NCBI GenBank assembly: GCA_000002445.1
Contig: CH464491.1
Span: forward strand, 1,952,001 to 2,016,000
Direction of reading: 5' to 3'
Source: Trypanosoma brucei
Taxonomy: Eukaryota
Length of the DNA: 64,000 nucleotides
Below, piece after piece: positions 51,567 through 62,800 of the stretch (position 1 is its first letter; each line of letters begins with the position of its first letter). The notes under the pieces are model-generated. The model had not been told where the DNA came from and did not search any database. It saw only the letters and a program-made list of their open reading frames with translations. The translations under genes were made by a program, and so were the position numbers.

Positions 51567-52322
51567 ATGGCCAAACTTGGGACCTTGTACTCCGATGATA
51601 AAAGCGTAGAAAAATATTACGGTCAACGCCATCGGTTGTGGTCTCGTTTTGACGACGGCGTTTGGATGACGAAGAAAGGATGGTTCGAGGTGACGCCTGA
51701 AGGCATTGCCCGATCTTCTGCTTCCCTGCATGACGTTCTCAAAGATAAGGGATGTTGTTTGGATTTGTTTTGCGGCTGTGGCGGTGACACAGTCCAATTG
51801 GCTCAGGTTTTTGAAAAGGTAATAGCTGTAGATATAGATCCCGATGCTATAGAAGCAGCCAAAAAGAATGCCGAGGTATATGGTGTTTCGACTCGAGTTA
51901 CATTTCTGTGCGCCGACTACAGGACTCTAAAACCTGAAAACTTTTCCGTTAACGCTGTTCACTGCTCTCCCCCATGGGGCGGTGAACTGTATGCTGGTGC
52001 GCCGTTTTTCGATTTGCAAAATTCGCTTTGTGCCTCAAATGGCATAAAAATTTCGGACTTTTATGAACTGCTGTCAAAATTTTCGAATAATATTACCATG
52101 TTTCTACCGAGAAACACTCTTCTGTATTCAGTAGTTCCACCAAAATTTGCTTGGACCTTTGCGGTGTGTAGACACTATGCCAACGAAAAGTGCAAAGGGA
52201 TTACTATTTTGTGTGGCGATTTGGTAGCGTCTTCCCAGCTGAAAGCACCCTCAGCGCCAGTGTATTCAATACGAAATAAGATTCCACTTTGTGTAGAGAA
52301 GCGAGGGCGTGGGTCTTTGTGA
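51567..52322 (+). CDS. TGS1: Trimethylguanosine synthase (RNA cap guanine-N2 methyltransferase, minimal form)
   Basis: WFEVTPEGIA, SAM-binding DLFCGCGGDTVQLA, VIAVDIDPDAIEAAKKNAEVYGV, and the catalytic SPPWGG motif. The track ORF starts at a TTG at 51555; the first ATG is at 51567. It is the first gene of the plus-strand unit. Confidence 0.8.
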   Translation: MAKLGTLYSDDKSVEKYYGQRHRLWSRFDDGVWMTKKGWFEVTPEGIARSSASLHDVLKDKGCCLDLFCGCGGDTVQLAQVFEKVIAVDIDPDAIEAAKKNAEVYGVSTRVTFLCADYRTLKPENFSVNAVHCSPPWGGELYAGAPFFDLQNSLCASNGIKISDFYELLSKFSNNITMFLPRNTLLYSVVPPKFAWTFAVCRHYANEKCKGITILCGDLVASSQLKAPSAPVYSIRNKIPLCVEKRGRGSL

Positions 52323-52484
52323 ATAAAATCTAAGTTGTTTATGGTTTTGTTGTCATCCAAGTGTCACCAAAATCAACAGCTCAAGGTGTACAGACTCGCT
52401 CTGTTTCTGTTTTTGCAATTGAATAAGTATTAATTGTTCACTTTACAAAACACATTTTTTCCCTGCCACCTTCTACGAAGTAGG

Positions 52485-54146
52485 ATGAAGAGATACCGTT
52501 CCTCTGTTGTTACGAGATTAGTGAGGGCGATCACACTCCGTCCCGATGCTACCGTGGACCCAGAGAGGTATCCACTGGGCTACGTGCCTCTTGATGGATC
52601 CGAGTCGGTTGACAGTGTATGGTCTCTCGTAAAAAGTGGCGCCTTCGTTGCCCCACTTAGTAAAATCGAAACCATTCACAGGGCTCACGTGGGGATAAGG
52701 TATCTCACGCAGTCGGAGTATCCTGCTCTTAGTAGTATTGACGTTGTGGGTTTGCAAACCAGACTAAAGGAGCTATGTAGTCGCTTGCTTATACGACGTG
52801 ATTTCTGGGTTCTTGATGATTACAATGACCCCGAGCTTAATTCCAGCTTTGGTATCCAGAATATGTACTTTGATAACTTCAAGTGGTCTCAAGTTTTATG
52901 GAGAAGGTTTCAGCAGTATGTGGAGGAGTACTTTCCCGTAGCTGAGCACACCCATTTGACGTACGATGAGTACCTCCAGTTGTTGAGAAGTTTTTCTCAC
53001 TTTGAACAAGGTGCGAAATTGTTGCCATTACTACCCAAGCGCTACAGAATACATCCACCGTTCGGAGTGCCCGCACTGTCGAGAATTGACATGGAGCCCC
53101 TCCTGCTGTACAGTCAGTGGTTGAAAAATTTTAGAGGACCCTTGAAGCTTGACGCGGCTCTCGTAATCAGGAGTGGTTGTGGGGCTGCGGTATTTGCAAC
53201 AAAGTTAAACGGTGTTCCCATTGTCAGAGGTGTGGATCCAAACCCCAGGGCGGTGATGTCATGTCGTAAAGACGCTCAACGCATGGGGAGACGGTTTGAC
53301 TCTATTAGTTTTCGAGTCGGTGAGATGTTCCCAGACAAAGATGATGGCAACGGAGTGCCCAATAGCCGCAAATACGATATCATCGTTTTTTATCCTGATC
53401 AAGGATGCTACAACTTATTCTTTACAAATGCCATTGGCGAATATGCTCCTGTACTAACCGGATTTGCGGGGACGTTGGAGCACTTTTTTGAGGAAGCGGG
53501 GGACTATCTTTCAGACTCGGGCGTTATTGTATTATGTTGCACCAACGTCTATTCTATTCTGAAACCAACTGAGCCGCACCCTATTGAATACGAGATAAAA
53601 GTGAATCGGAGGTGGGTGTTGTTGGATTATTATGATATGCCGGTTAGAGGGAAAGGGACCTTATCCCACACTCCGACGGACCATCACTATCGTATTCCTA
53701 TGGAAATGAGGAAGTGTATGCGAAGCGAACTGTGGGTGCTGCACAAAATGACTTCCATAGCGCACTTTGCACATATTCACAATATACCCGGAGCGCAGCC
53801 ACCGTCTTGTGTCGTATCGCACTGGAGAAATAAGGCAATAGGCAAGCTGAGACGTGCTGTGCTCAAAGGTCAAGTGGAATCCAGTGGGGGTGACTGGGAC
53901 GACTACAAAAAACGGCTCGTACACCTACTTCAAGAGCAAAGCGAAAACGACGAAGACGATAAAGCTCAAGCCATCCGGATGGCGATGGACCCAAATTACC
54001 CAAAGGAACTCGCGGACCGTGCTAGAGCTGCCATCGAAAAAAATATGGATACTGACAAGGCTTTTCACAACAACGTTGCGAAGGCGTTCGGCGACATTTC
54101 GCCGCGGGAACGCTTTGATGCTTGCCTTTCGTGTTATCGTTTTTGA
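52485..54146 (+). CDS. Putative class I SAM-dependent methyltransferase with N-terminal targeting-like presequence
   Basis: The Rossmann-fold glycine-rich motif I (LVIRSGCGAAVFA) is followed by an acidic motif-II-like region (VRGVDPNP). A downstream hydrophobic-D block reads YDIIVFYPD. The N-terminus reads MKRYRSSVVTRLVRAITLRP. The track ORF starts at TTG 52434. Confidence 0.5.
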   Translation: MKRYRSSVVTRLVRAITLRPDATVDPERYPLGYVPLDGSESVDSVWSLVKSGAFVAPLSKIETIHRAHVGIRYLTQSEYPALSSIDVVGLQTRLKELCSRLLIRRDFWVLDDYNDPELNSSFGIQNMYFDNFKWSQVLWRRFQQYVEEYFPVAEHTHLTYDEYLQLLRSFSHFEQGAKLLPLLPKRYRIHPPFGVPALSRIDMEPLLLYSQWLKNFRGPLKLDAALVIRSGCGAAVFATKLNGVPIVRGVDPNPRAVMSCRKDAQRMGRRFDSISFRVGEMFPDKDDGNGVPNSRKYDIIVFYPDQGCYNLFFTNAIGEYAPVLTGFAGTLEHFFEEAGDYLSDSGVIVLCCTNVYSILKPTEPHPIEYEIKVNRRWVLLDYYDMPVRGKGTLSHTPTDHHYRIPMEMRKCMRSELWVLHKMTSIAHFAHIHNIPGAQPPSCVVSHWRNKAIGKLRRAVLKGQVESSGGDWDDYKKRLVHLLQEQSENDEDDKAQAIRMAMDPNYPKELADRARAAIEKNMDTDKAFHNNVAKAFGDISPRERFDACLSCYRF

Positions 54147-54333
54147 GTAGTAGTTTTATTGTTTTTACTGTCTCGCTGCGGACCGTTGTCGCCAATATCT
54201 CACATAGATTCCTTGCGAACTTGTGTAATTAAAGAACTTGTTGCTCATTTATGTTTTTTCTCTCTTATTTTTCCAAACAAAGAGTAACCGAGCCTCTTGT
54301 GTTATTTTAAACCTATTCGTCGTCGTTTGTAGT

Positions 54334-54726
54334 ATGGACGTGGTTGAAAAATTTCTTTCTCTTCGCCGTGAAGGTCGTGGCGAAGAAGCGTATAAGATGC
54401 TTGCGCCTGGCGCAGCGATGGGCTGCCCATGGGGAGGAATGCACCACGGGGAGACTGTGCAGGAATTACTAAGAGACGAAACCCGGTTTGTTAAGAGAGG
54501 GTATCTTGACCACGTGCCCATTGAGAAAATTGACGAGAACACTTTTCAAAGGAAGTTCAAGTGGGATCGTGGAATGTCTGAGTATGGTAATAGTGGTTTT
54601 AAGGGCGTAGGCATTCTACCCGTTTGGCGTGAGATATACTTTGTTGATAATGGAAGCATCCGCCTGGTTACAGCCAACAAACAACTTAAGAATCGGTCAT
54701 TGTGGCACGTGCTTGGGGTTTCATGA
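54334..54726 (+). CDS. Hypothetical protein (130 aa)
   Basis: ATG at 54334 (MDVVEKFLSLRREGRG...). It fills the gap between two confident genes on the same strand. I recognise no family. Confidence 0.4.
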   Translation: MDVVEKFLSLRREGRGEEAYKMLAPGAAMGCPWGGMHHGETVQELLRDETRFVKRGYLDHVPIEKIDENTFQRKFKWDRGMSEYGNSGFKGVGILPVWREIYFVDNGSIRLVTANKQLKNRSLWHVLGVS

Positions 54727-55166
54727 GTTCGTTGAGCAGTTGGGACACTTGGAATACACCTGAGCATCTGGAGAGACAGGCATGTGTGTCCCGAACACAA
54801 CGGATACTTGTCTACGTATCCTAGCGGCAAAGTAGGCGCACTTATGCTCAACGCATGAACTGTGTAAAATAGCGTTTTGTCCGCGTTCGAGCGTCTTTTT
54901 TCAGAGATGCGGTAGGCCCTTTCAACGATCAACCATCCCCCCTCTATTTAGCAATGGGTGTGAGAGAGTTGCTACCCACTTTTGTTTACCGTGTTCGTGC
55001 TCCATTGTTTTAATTTTTCGAGGCCGGACAGTTTTCGAAGTACTGCGGGGCAAAAACAAAAAAACGGTGACCTTATCACTCTTCCTGTCCCACGACAATT
55101 TGTCTGTTTGCCTTTCCGTTTGTTACAACTTTTTAAAGAAAAAAAGCTGGGGTTTTAGCAGGTGCC

Positions 55167-56477
55167 ATGAAACGAAGGAGGGACAGTAACGGTAAGTCCA
55201 TTGCGGCACTTAGGGCTGGGGTGGCAGCGCTGAGCGTATCTAGCAATATAGCTTCTAGGGAGCTCACCTGTCGTGATTCCCATGTTAAAGCTATATTAGA
55301 CTTCTTGAATGATAAAGTTCACCCTGTCATGCAGGTTTTCGGTATGCCGGGTACGGGAAAGACAGCGTCAGTGAACCACGCCCTCGCTCTTCTTGCGAGC
55401 TCGTCACCAGCAGGGTCGAAGCCCACAGCTGTCTTTCTTAATGGGTACATTATACAAAAAACATCTGATATATACTGGACCTTGAACTCACACCTAAGCA
55501 AAACTCGGTTAAAACATGCTGAAAATTGCTTACCGGAGCAATGTCCTGCTCTGATCGAAAAGAGATTTAAGCAAGGTTGGGGGAGTAGCACTACGCCCTT
55601 ATGTGTGATAGTTGTCGATGAAGTTGACAAAGTCCTTAAAAAGCACAACAAGGCGTTTTTCAGGATAGTAGATTGGTTAAGTCTACCGTATGCGTTTTGT
55701 AAACTGATAACAATTTCAAATAGCATGGAACTGGCAGCTGATGCGAAAACGAGAAGTCGACTGGACATAACGAAACGTCTCGTCTTCGAACCATATAGTC
55801 TGCCTGAGCTCAAGGAAATTATTCTTCGAAGAGTCAGTCACATCAAACCTACGTTATTTGCAGAGAAAGCAATCAACTATCTATGTAACCAAACTGCATC
55901 GCACTACGGGGATGTGAGACGTCTTTTACAATCTGCTTCCTCCGCCATTTGCGGTCTCATGATGAGAATAGAGGAGGGTTACAAGTTGCCGGAGAAGCAT
56001 GATGGCTTGCTAACTGTAAAGGATGTTCACTCAGTTGTTCGCCAAATATTTCACGATCGCTTTGTTGAGTTTATCCAAACTATTCGTCTTCCCGTAGTGT
56101 TTATCAGCGTTGCTGTCATTGCAGTAGAGACAGCAAGGCTTTTTCGAGCGAACTGCGAGGACAGCCGACTACCCATAGATAGCTTGTTTACGGCAACGAA
56201 GAGAGCCCAAGAGCGTTTTGGCTCAGTTTTTGCAGACCTACATGCCGTCACTTTGAACTATGGGGCGTACCTAGAAATAGTAGAGATGCTGCGGGAGGTA
56301 GCACTGATTGACGTTTCGGTAGGTGAAGAGCGCATTCCCGTCAAAACGGTTCAGTCACTACTCGAGGCCACTGAGAGGGCACACGCGTCAATGCTACAAC
56401 CATTCCAAACAGTCGTCGATGCATGCAAGCTCCACGATGACTTTGGTACGGGGATATGCCCACTGTTTTCGATATAG
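55167..56477 (+). CDS. ORC1/CDC6: ORC1/CDC6 AAA+ replication initiator
   Basis: Walker A GMPGTGKTA, Walker B VIVVDEVD, a sensor-2-like GDVRRLLQ, and a C-terminal winged-helix-like region. At 436 aa it is consistent with the trypanosomatid single-domain Orc1/Cdc6. Confidence 0.8.
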   Translation: MKRRRDSNGKSIAALRAGVAALSVSSNIASRELTCRDSHVKAILDFLNDKVHPVMQVFGMPGTGKTASVNHALALLASSSPAGSKPTAVFLNGYIIQKTSDIYWTLNSHLSKTRLKHAENCLPEQCPALIEKRFKQGWGSSTTPLCVIVVDEVDKVLKKHNKAFFRIVDWLSLPYAFCKLITISNSMELAADAKTRSRLDITKRLVFEPYSLPELKEIILRRVSHIKPTLFAEKAINYLCNQTASHYGDVRRLLQSASSAICGLMMRIEEGYKLPEKHDGLLTVKDVHSVVRQIFHDRFVEFIQTIRLPVVFISVAVIAVETARLFRANCEDSRLPIDSLFTATKRAQERFGSVFADLHAVTLNYGAYLEIVEMLREVALIDVSVGEERIPVKTVQSLLEATERAHASMLQPFQTVVDACKLHDDFGTGICPLFSI

Positions 56478-56706
56478 TTGTAAAATACCGTCTTAGGACG
56501 TGTGTGCTTTAAACGGATTAAAAAAAAAAAAAGCAAAACAAACCAACAGATCACGCAAAAAAGATGACTCTGTATGTCACTTGAATTAAATACTGTTGTG
56601 CGTAAGCGATTTGTTAGAAACGGAGCGTTGTGGCTAGTATGTAACCATTACAATTATTCTTCTTGTACTTTTTCTCGACACTGGAGAATGAGGGGGACTG
56701 GAGACT

Positions 56707-59547
56707 ATGACATCTAGCGTAACCGGACCCCCTTCTAGCTTTGCGGCAGCAGCGAAGGTCCTTTTTGACTCTGCGAAGAAGGTGGGGGCTGTGAAACCAC
56801 TAGGTACGACAAGCAAGTTATACGCTCATCAACTGAAAAAAATTCAAAGCCAAAGCCGAAAGAAGGGTGGTTCCCTGGGAAACGTGTCGTACAATGTAGC
56901 TGAATTTCTCGAAGCTCATCGGGCATCCCAAGTAAAATCCTCTCAGGGTCCCATTTTCCATACCCGGTGTGTTCCCCTCATAGATATTCCGCTGAAGAAA
57001 ACGAAACAAACGGGATCAGGCATGCAGAAGACTTCGTCGAACGAGGCACCACTGTTGAACCTCCATAAGAGGCAGCCCCACCTCGCGGCAACCCCTGATA
57101 TGTCGAAGGAAGCGGTACCGGTTGGTGGAGTTGCAGGGGTCGGACCACAGGTACCGAAGTTGGCCCCTCCAAAATTGGATTCCGTTCTTCTGCCGAAGGA
57201 TGGGGAGGCAAAACGACAGCCGTGGGTACATCATACGGATACACACGCAGCGGATCGCACATCGGCGACGGGAGGTGTGTTTTTAGCACCTGAGAGGATT
57301 TTGCACGGTGTTGCTCCTAGGGCCACAGTTGTTGAAGAGAAACCACTGTTTGAGAGCCCGTGTGTCACGGAGGCGAAGCCTCTTTCGTTCTTGGACCTGA
57401 AGGCGCGGCAACCAATGAAGGAAGTAGTGGAAGTAGTGGACAGACCCATCAAACCATCCGTAACAGTACCGATATCTTCCGGAGGCTCCTCTGCCGCCAG
57501 CACCCGGGGCGGGGAGAACGCCCGAACCGAGACTATCTCTGTTGATGTCTGGGAACTGCAACGCGAGCGAGAGCTAGAACAACTGCGGAAGGATCAAGAG
57601 AAAGCGGAAAAGGAACGGTTGGAAGCACGACGAGAAGAAGAGCATAAAACTTTGGGCGATGAGTGGGTGCTGAGTAGAACCTTGGCTACTTCTCGACCGC
57701 TTTGCGTGGGTGCGGTGAATGGTGCCCTAGAAAAGCTATACTTTTCGAGCGATTGGGAGACCTGCTTTCAGTTGTTCAAGGAACTGGTTTGTGCCCCAAC
57801 GCCACCAGTTCCGTCAGTTTCTAAGCAAGCGGTTTGTTTGATGGAAAGGCACCTTCGGCGCGTTCCAGGTGCGCGTAGGAACGAACTTAAAGTTGCACTC
57901 TCAAAGGAGTTGAAGGAGAGGAAACTTCTTGACGAAGCAACTAGGTTTGATTTGAAACACACGTATTCTGAGGCTTTTCTCCAGGTTTATCGCTCTGCGT
58001 CAAGCAGCGTAAAGGATTCATTAGACCTTTGCACTACGGCGAAGGCGATATCGACACTTGTCAGGTCAGGATCTTGGTTGGAGGCCGTCGAAGTGTTTCA
58101 CAGATCACAGCAACGTTTCTCCGACAAGGGTGGACGACTTGGTTTAGGGTTACTGGCGGAGTCTCGCTCACTGGACGGTGAAGCGAGGACTGCACTTTCA
58201 GAGTATACATCAAAAACTCTAACCGCACAGGGGCGTTTTGGGAAGTTACATAGCATTGAGCTTGTAAAGTTGAGTAAGGGCGGTCAGAAGCGACATTTAC
58301 TGTCACAGCTTATTGAATCTGGCCACGTGGACGAAGTTATTTATGCCGAGCTTCTGCGTACAACGAAGGAAAATGTAGAGGATGTTCTTGAGGAGATCGG
58401 CAAAAGGGGACTAAATGTTGAAGATCCAGCTATTCTAGCGGCTTTATGCTGGAGGTCATTTGATGTTGAAAGCCCCCAAGTCCTGTTCCGCGAGATTGAA
58501 CGGCAAGAGGCAAAAATAGGAATCCGACCGGCACACGTGCTGGCGGCTGTTGCAATGGCTAGGGCTTCGAAATCGGAACACACCCTCCGTTCTACGATTC
58601 AGATACTGAAGAAGAAGCCCAACTTTAGGTGTAAGTTCGTACTAAGAAAGTTGTTGCCTCTGTTATACGAAAGGCGGATGAACAGCGAAATCGTGGAGCT
58701 TGCAGAAATTTACGCTAGTAACCTACCCATAGCAGTGGCACTGCCCCAGGCTGTTGGATTCATCAATAGCGCCTTAATCGCGCAAGGGAAGAATCCGTTG
58801 TCAACCCACCTAGCTAGTGATTTAAACCTTTCTGGCAAAGCAGTGGTGGGAGACACGGGTGATGCGACACAGCTAACAATCCCAAGGGCGCCGGAATCTG
58901 TTGCCTCCACAGAGGCAATGTTTCAATGCGTGAAGGAAAGGGATTGGCTGAGGGCATTGGAGCTACTAGGTGCATTCTCATTGCATAGTGCGGGAGACCC
59001 TGACGTTGGAATGCGCTCTGTTATGTACAATTGCGCACTCAACGCATCTATGGAGAAACGCGAAATTGTGATGGCGCTTTATAAACAAATGATAGAGAGG
59101 GGCGTACAGGTTAATGCGACCACGAGCAACGCACTTCTTAGCTGCTTCATAGGATCTTCTGAATGGGAGGAAAGCATTGAATTCTACAAAAGGACAGACT
59201 CGTCGCTGCGTGACGGCGGCACGTATTCTATAATGCTTTCCCTTTTCGGTAAAAATGGAATGTGGAGAGAAGCATGCGAAGTTTTCCAGGACGCACGGGT
59301 AGGATTGGCTAAGGCACCTCCGGCAATCTTTAGGCTTGGTATCAACGCTGCGCATAGTCACAATTGGGAAGCCACTTTGAGTATTTTTGGAAACTTCTTG
59401 AAGGCGCATGGCATTCAAAACATTAGTGACTCTGTTGTCGATAAGGTAGTCCGATGTCTCTCACAAAACAACAGGACGACTGAGTTAAAAAAAGTGGAGA
59501 TGGAAGTATCGAAAATGAAAGGAAAGAACAAGGGGAAGAAAAAATAG
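56707..59547 (+). CDS. Large hypothetical protein with C-terminal pentatricopeptide-like (PPR) helical repeats
   Basis: A 946-aa ATG-initiated ORF. The C-terminal third shows repeated about 35-aa helical units of PPR flavour (MALYKQMIERGVQVNATTSNALLSCF; YSIMLSLFGKNGMWREACEVF). The N-terminal half is low-complexity. Confidence 0.45.
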   Translation: MTSSVTGPPSSFAAAAKVLFDSAKKVGAVKPLGTTSKLYAHQLKKIQSQSRKKGGSLGNVSYNVAEFLEAHRASQVKSSQGPIFHTRCVPLIDIPLKKTKQTGSGMQKTSSNEAPLLNLHKRQPHLAATPDMSKEAVPVGGVAGVGPQVPKLAPPKLDSVLLPKDGEAKRQPWVHHTDTHAADRTSATGGVFLAPERILHGVAPRATVVEEKPLFESPCVTEAKPLSFLDLKARQPMKEVVEVVDRPIKPSVTVPISSGGSSAASTRGGENARTETISVDVWELQRERELEQLRKDQEKAEKERLEARREEEHKTLGDEWVLSRTLATSRPLCVGAVNGALEKLYFSSDWETCFQLFKELVCAPTPPVPSVSKQAVCLMERHLRRVPGARRNELKVALSKELKERKLLDEATRFDLKHTYSEAFLQVYRSASSSVKDSLDLCTTAKAISTLVRSGSWLEAVEVFHRSQQRFSDKGGRLGLGLLAESRSLDGEARTALSEYTSKTLTAQGRFGKLHSIELVKLSKGGQKRHLLSQLIESGHVDEVIYAELLRTTKENVEDVLEEIGKRGLNVEDPAILAALCWRSFDVESPQVLFREIERQEAKIGIRPAHVLAAVAMARASKSEHTLRSTIQILKKKPNFRCKFVLRKLLPLLYERRMNSEIVELAEIYASNLPIAVALPQAVGFINSALIAQGKNPLSTHLASDLNLSGKAVVGDTGDATQLTIPRAPESVASTEAMFQCVKERDWLRALELLGAFSLHSAGDPDVGMRSVMYNCALNASMEKREIVMALYKQMIERGVQVNATTSNALLSCFIGSSEWEESIEFYKRTDSSLRDGGTYSIMLSLFGKNGMWREACEVFQDARVGLAKAPPAIFRLGINAAHSHNWEATLSIFGNFLKAHGIQNISDSVVDKVVRCLSQNNRTTELKKVEMEVSKMKGKNKGKKK

Positions 59548-59805
59548 GTATAAGGCACGGGGCTCATTTGATGTAACACCTGTTAGCGTAAACGGAGGAA
59601 TGCATAACCACCCCCTTGCCCGTAATCAGTTGGTTTTACACATCCATGCCCCCCCCCTTTTACGTAGGTGCACTGGTTAGTGGTGGTGCAACATGTCACC
59701 TATACGTACTCTCTGTGGAGGACTCTGCTGGTGCATCGTTGCATTACTTTTGTTCATTTCCTTTTTTTTTTTTGCTACTGACGACTAGGTTTAGTAGAAC
59801 GCAGA

Positions 59806-62800
59806 ATGGCTTTGGTTGGTGGGGAGCACCGCGTAACCGAAGACATCGTTGCGGTGAAGTATCTAGAATCGGTCAGGAGGCTGTACTTCAATCCTCATGC
59901 TAAAGACTTAGAGCGGAGAACTGTGCAGCTCCTGGCGCAGCTTCTTGCATGCCCTCCCCACTCCTTGCTGGTGTGGGACTCTCTGAGAAGGACTAGATTG
60001 CTTACCACTGTCGCCCGGGTATTAGGGTCGGAGAAAAAGCTTCAAGGTCTTTTATCGGTAGGTGGGAGACCCGAAGATTACTTGAGGGTTGTGGAGCTTG
60101 CTTCCAACTCGAGCCCATGCGAATGCATGAATCATCTCACGAAAGGTGAAGACAGCCATACCGAGTTGGAGCCATTCTTCGCGGTCCTTGGTCGGTTAGG
60201 GAAGTTGGATTGTGATGCTGCTACCTACCGTGCTTGCTATGATTCGTTTGCGAGGGCAGTCTCTAATCTTCTCTCTGATGCCCGGAACTGTGCTCGTCTC
60301 GTTCGAGCAGACATATCACCCATAAAAATACTTTTCAATACATTGAAGGGTTCCCCGTCGAGCAGAATTGACGTTTCCCTTTGTGTGCTACGGGTTATTT
60401 TGCAGATACTTTTGCATACGGCCGCCTTTACATGCATTTGGATAAAGGAATTTAGCGATTTGGACGGACCTTCGACGTGCCTGTCCGTGGTTCTTACGTG
60501 GTGCGGAACATGCGAAGATCCGAGTCTTCCTCTGAGTACCGAATCTACCGTAGTGTTTGATCTTCTTTGCTTGTTGCTTTCTTTTCCCGGTAATGGACGG
60601 GGGCCCAGCAGTGCACTTTACATGTATCTGAGGGGCTGCCACTGGGAGGCTGAGAATCTGGAGGTCGGTCCGCTGGATGATACGGCGACAATAGGTATGT
60701 TTGGGCTCAACGTGCTTGTGGAAGCTTGTTCCATCGCCATGAATTTTCGTCCTGCTATCTTTACTCACCTTGCCCGACTCCTCGTCCGGGCGCTGAAGCT
60801 GGGGGGCGACGACGTTGTGTCGGCTGGACTCGTGAGTGCAGCACTGGTTGCTGTTTTGAGGCAGTATGCCAAATTTTGTGATGACTGTGATAAAACGATA
60901 TTAGCTATCGTCCGTTTGTGTGTAACAGTTTGCAGCTGCCACGGGGCTTACGATGCGCAAACTGAAGGGGCTACCCAACTTTGTACGCTAGTGGTAGAGC
61001 TCGTATGTGATATGAGGGGACATATATCGAAAGGCACTGTCCGGGCTGTCATGTGCTTAACCAGCCGCGTAAATGCAGAGTCTACGTTCACAAGGCTCTT
61101 CTCCGTTCACTTACTCGAGAGGTTGGAAGGGAGGTTAGCCATTTCACAGGATCCCGCTGAGGTGTATTTGTTTCTTCAAATGATGAATGAAATATGTGGG
61201 AATGTTCCCGTCCTACGAAGGGAATTCATGCTTACTCTCAACACTCTTTTCCAGCTGTTGGGTACTGAGGCAAAGAACGGCCGCGAGACGCTTATGTTGT
61301 GTGTGGATTTGCTCTCGACCATGTGTAGAGATGATGAAGAAACAACTTTTAATATCTATGCCGGGCTGCGGGAATTCATCACACGGAGCGATTTTTGCTC
61401 AGTTGATTCCATCCGGCTCGGGTGCTGGGGTCTGCAGGCGCTGATAGATCTGCTGGCGCATGCTTCGTCCTCTTTAACGCATTTTGCTGACTCTGTTGAC
61501 TTCCTCGTAACGTGCGTTGAGAAACTGTGTGTTGCCATGTGCCGGGCGTTTGACTCACAGATGACGGTTACAGAATGTTTTGGGGTACCTTCCCAAATTT
61601 TAGGTCCCCAACCATTGGAGGTAGGCGGCTTCGATGTGAATCCAGGCAGTGTCGTACCGAACGTGTATTATTTTTATTGCCAATTCTTAGTTCTTGGACT
61701 CCATGCACTATGTTACGTTCAGGCTACATCAACAGGTACGTTCTTCAGGGATCTACCCGCGAAACTTGAACGGGTATTGGCTAGGGGGCCTTTTCTCCGG
61801 TGTAGGGTGTACACTTCTGCGGTTGTTCGTGCCCTTATTGCGATGGCATCGTCCACCTCATCTGTTGTTTTTGACGAAGTATTCTTCGCCAACAGAGGTG
61901 ACTGTGCCCAATGGTTTGCAGGATGGGGTGCTGTGCATCGTCGTTCATGGAGGTTTAACACGTCGTTCGGTGACGTTTCTTTTTTTCACGAGAGGCAGCG
62001 GATTGTCCACATTGGGTACTTTTGGTGTCTGCAGCGGCTTCTTCTACAGCTCTCGGATACTTCTCAGAAGTCGATGCTTGGCGCGTCGGTACTGGAGCTT
62101 TGGTTCAATGTTTTTTCCAACTCGTCCGAAAACATCTACATCTTGATGGATAGTAAGATGACCCTCACCTTGGCGAGCCTTTGTGCCGTTTCGGCTGCCG
62201 ATGATTGCGAGTATTCGTTTGAAAGATATGAGATACTTCTTAAAACAATGCATGAAATGGGGGTATACGGGATGGACTGCGCATCCGTACTATACCTTCT
62301 CCGGTTATGCTTGTGTGACCGCGATAGCTCCTCTGTCCTGTACAACGACGAGGCAACTGTGAAAGTGCTATCTACTTTAAAGACCCTGTTGCGTCAGTCT
62401 CTCCCAAGCAATGGACCGGTGCTGTTTTACGGTGTTTCCTCAGGGTGTACGCCGCGGTCGCACTTTTGCAACAACACTGCGGCTTTACAGGTGAGGGGAC
62501 CACGCATTGGTGGAGGAGTTGATATCCCTGTTCTCCTTGGCAGGGTGAAGTCTGACAGGTGTTTTTCGTTTGTTCTTTGGTTTCTCCTCGAACCGAAGTC
62601 GCCACATACAGTTGAGGAGGTAGACATTATTTTGATGTCAATAGCTTTTAATCGAAACAGCGCATTTATCCAGCTTGTTTACACTGTCCAAGGAACGTTG
62701 CACCTACGGGTGATACTGAGGTCGCCTGAAGATCGAAACCAGCAGCAGCAGCGGCTTCATTCTGAATACGTTTTGTTCTCCAATGATGAAATACCAACCA

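Noticed and set aside
59616-59903. 95-aa plus-strand ORF overlapping the start of the giant ORF
   Set aside because: It is in a different frame from the long uninterrupted ORF that begins at 59806, and it runs through the T15 polypyrimidine tract that precedes that start. It is most likely spurious.
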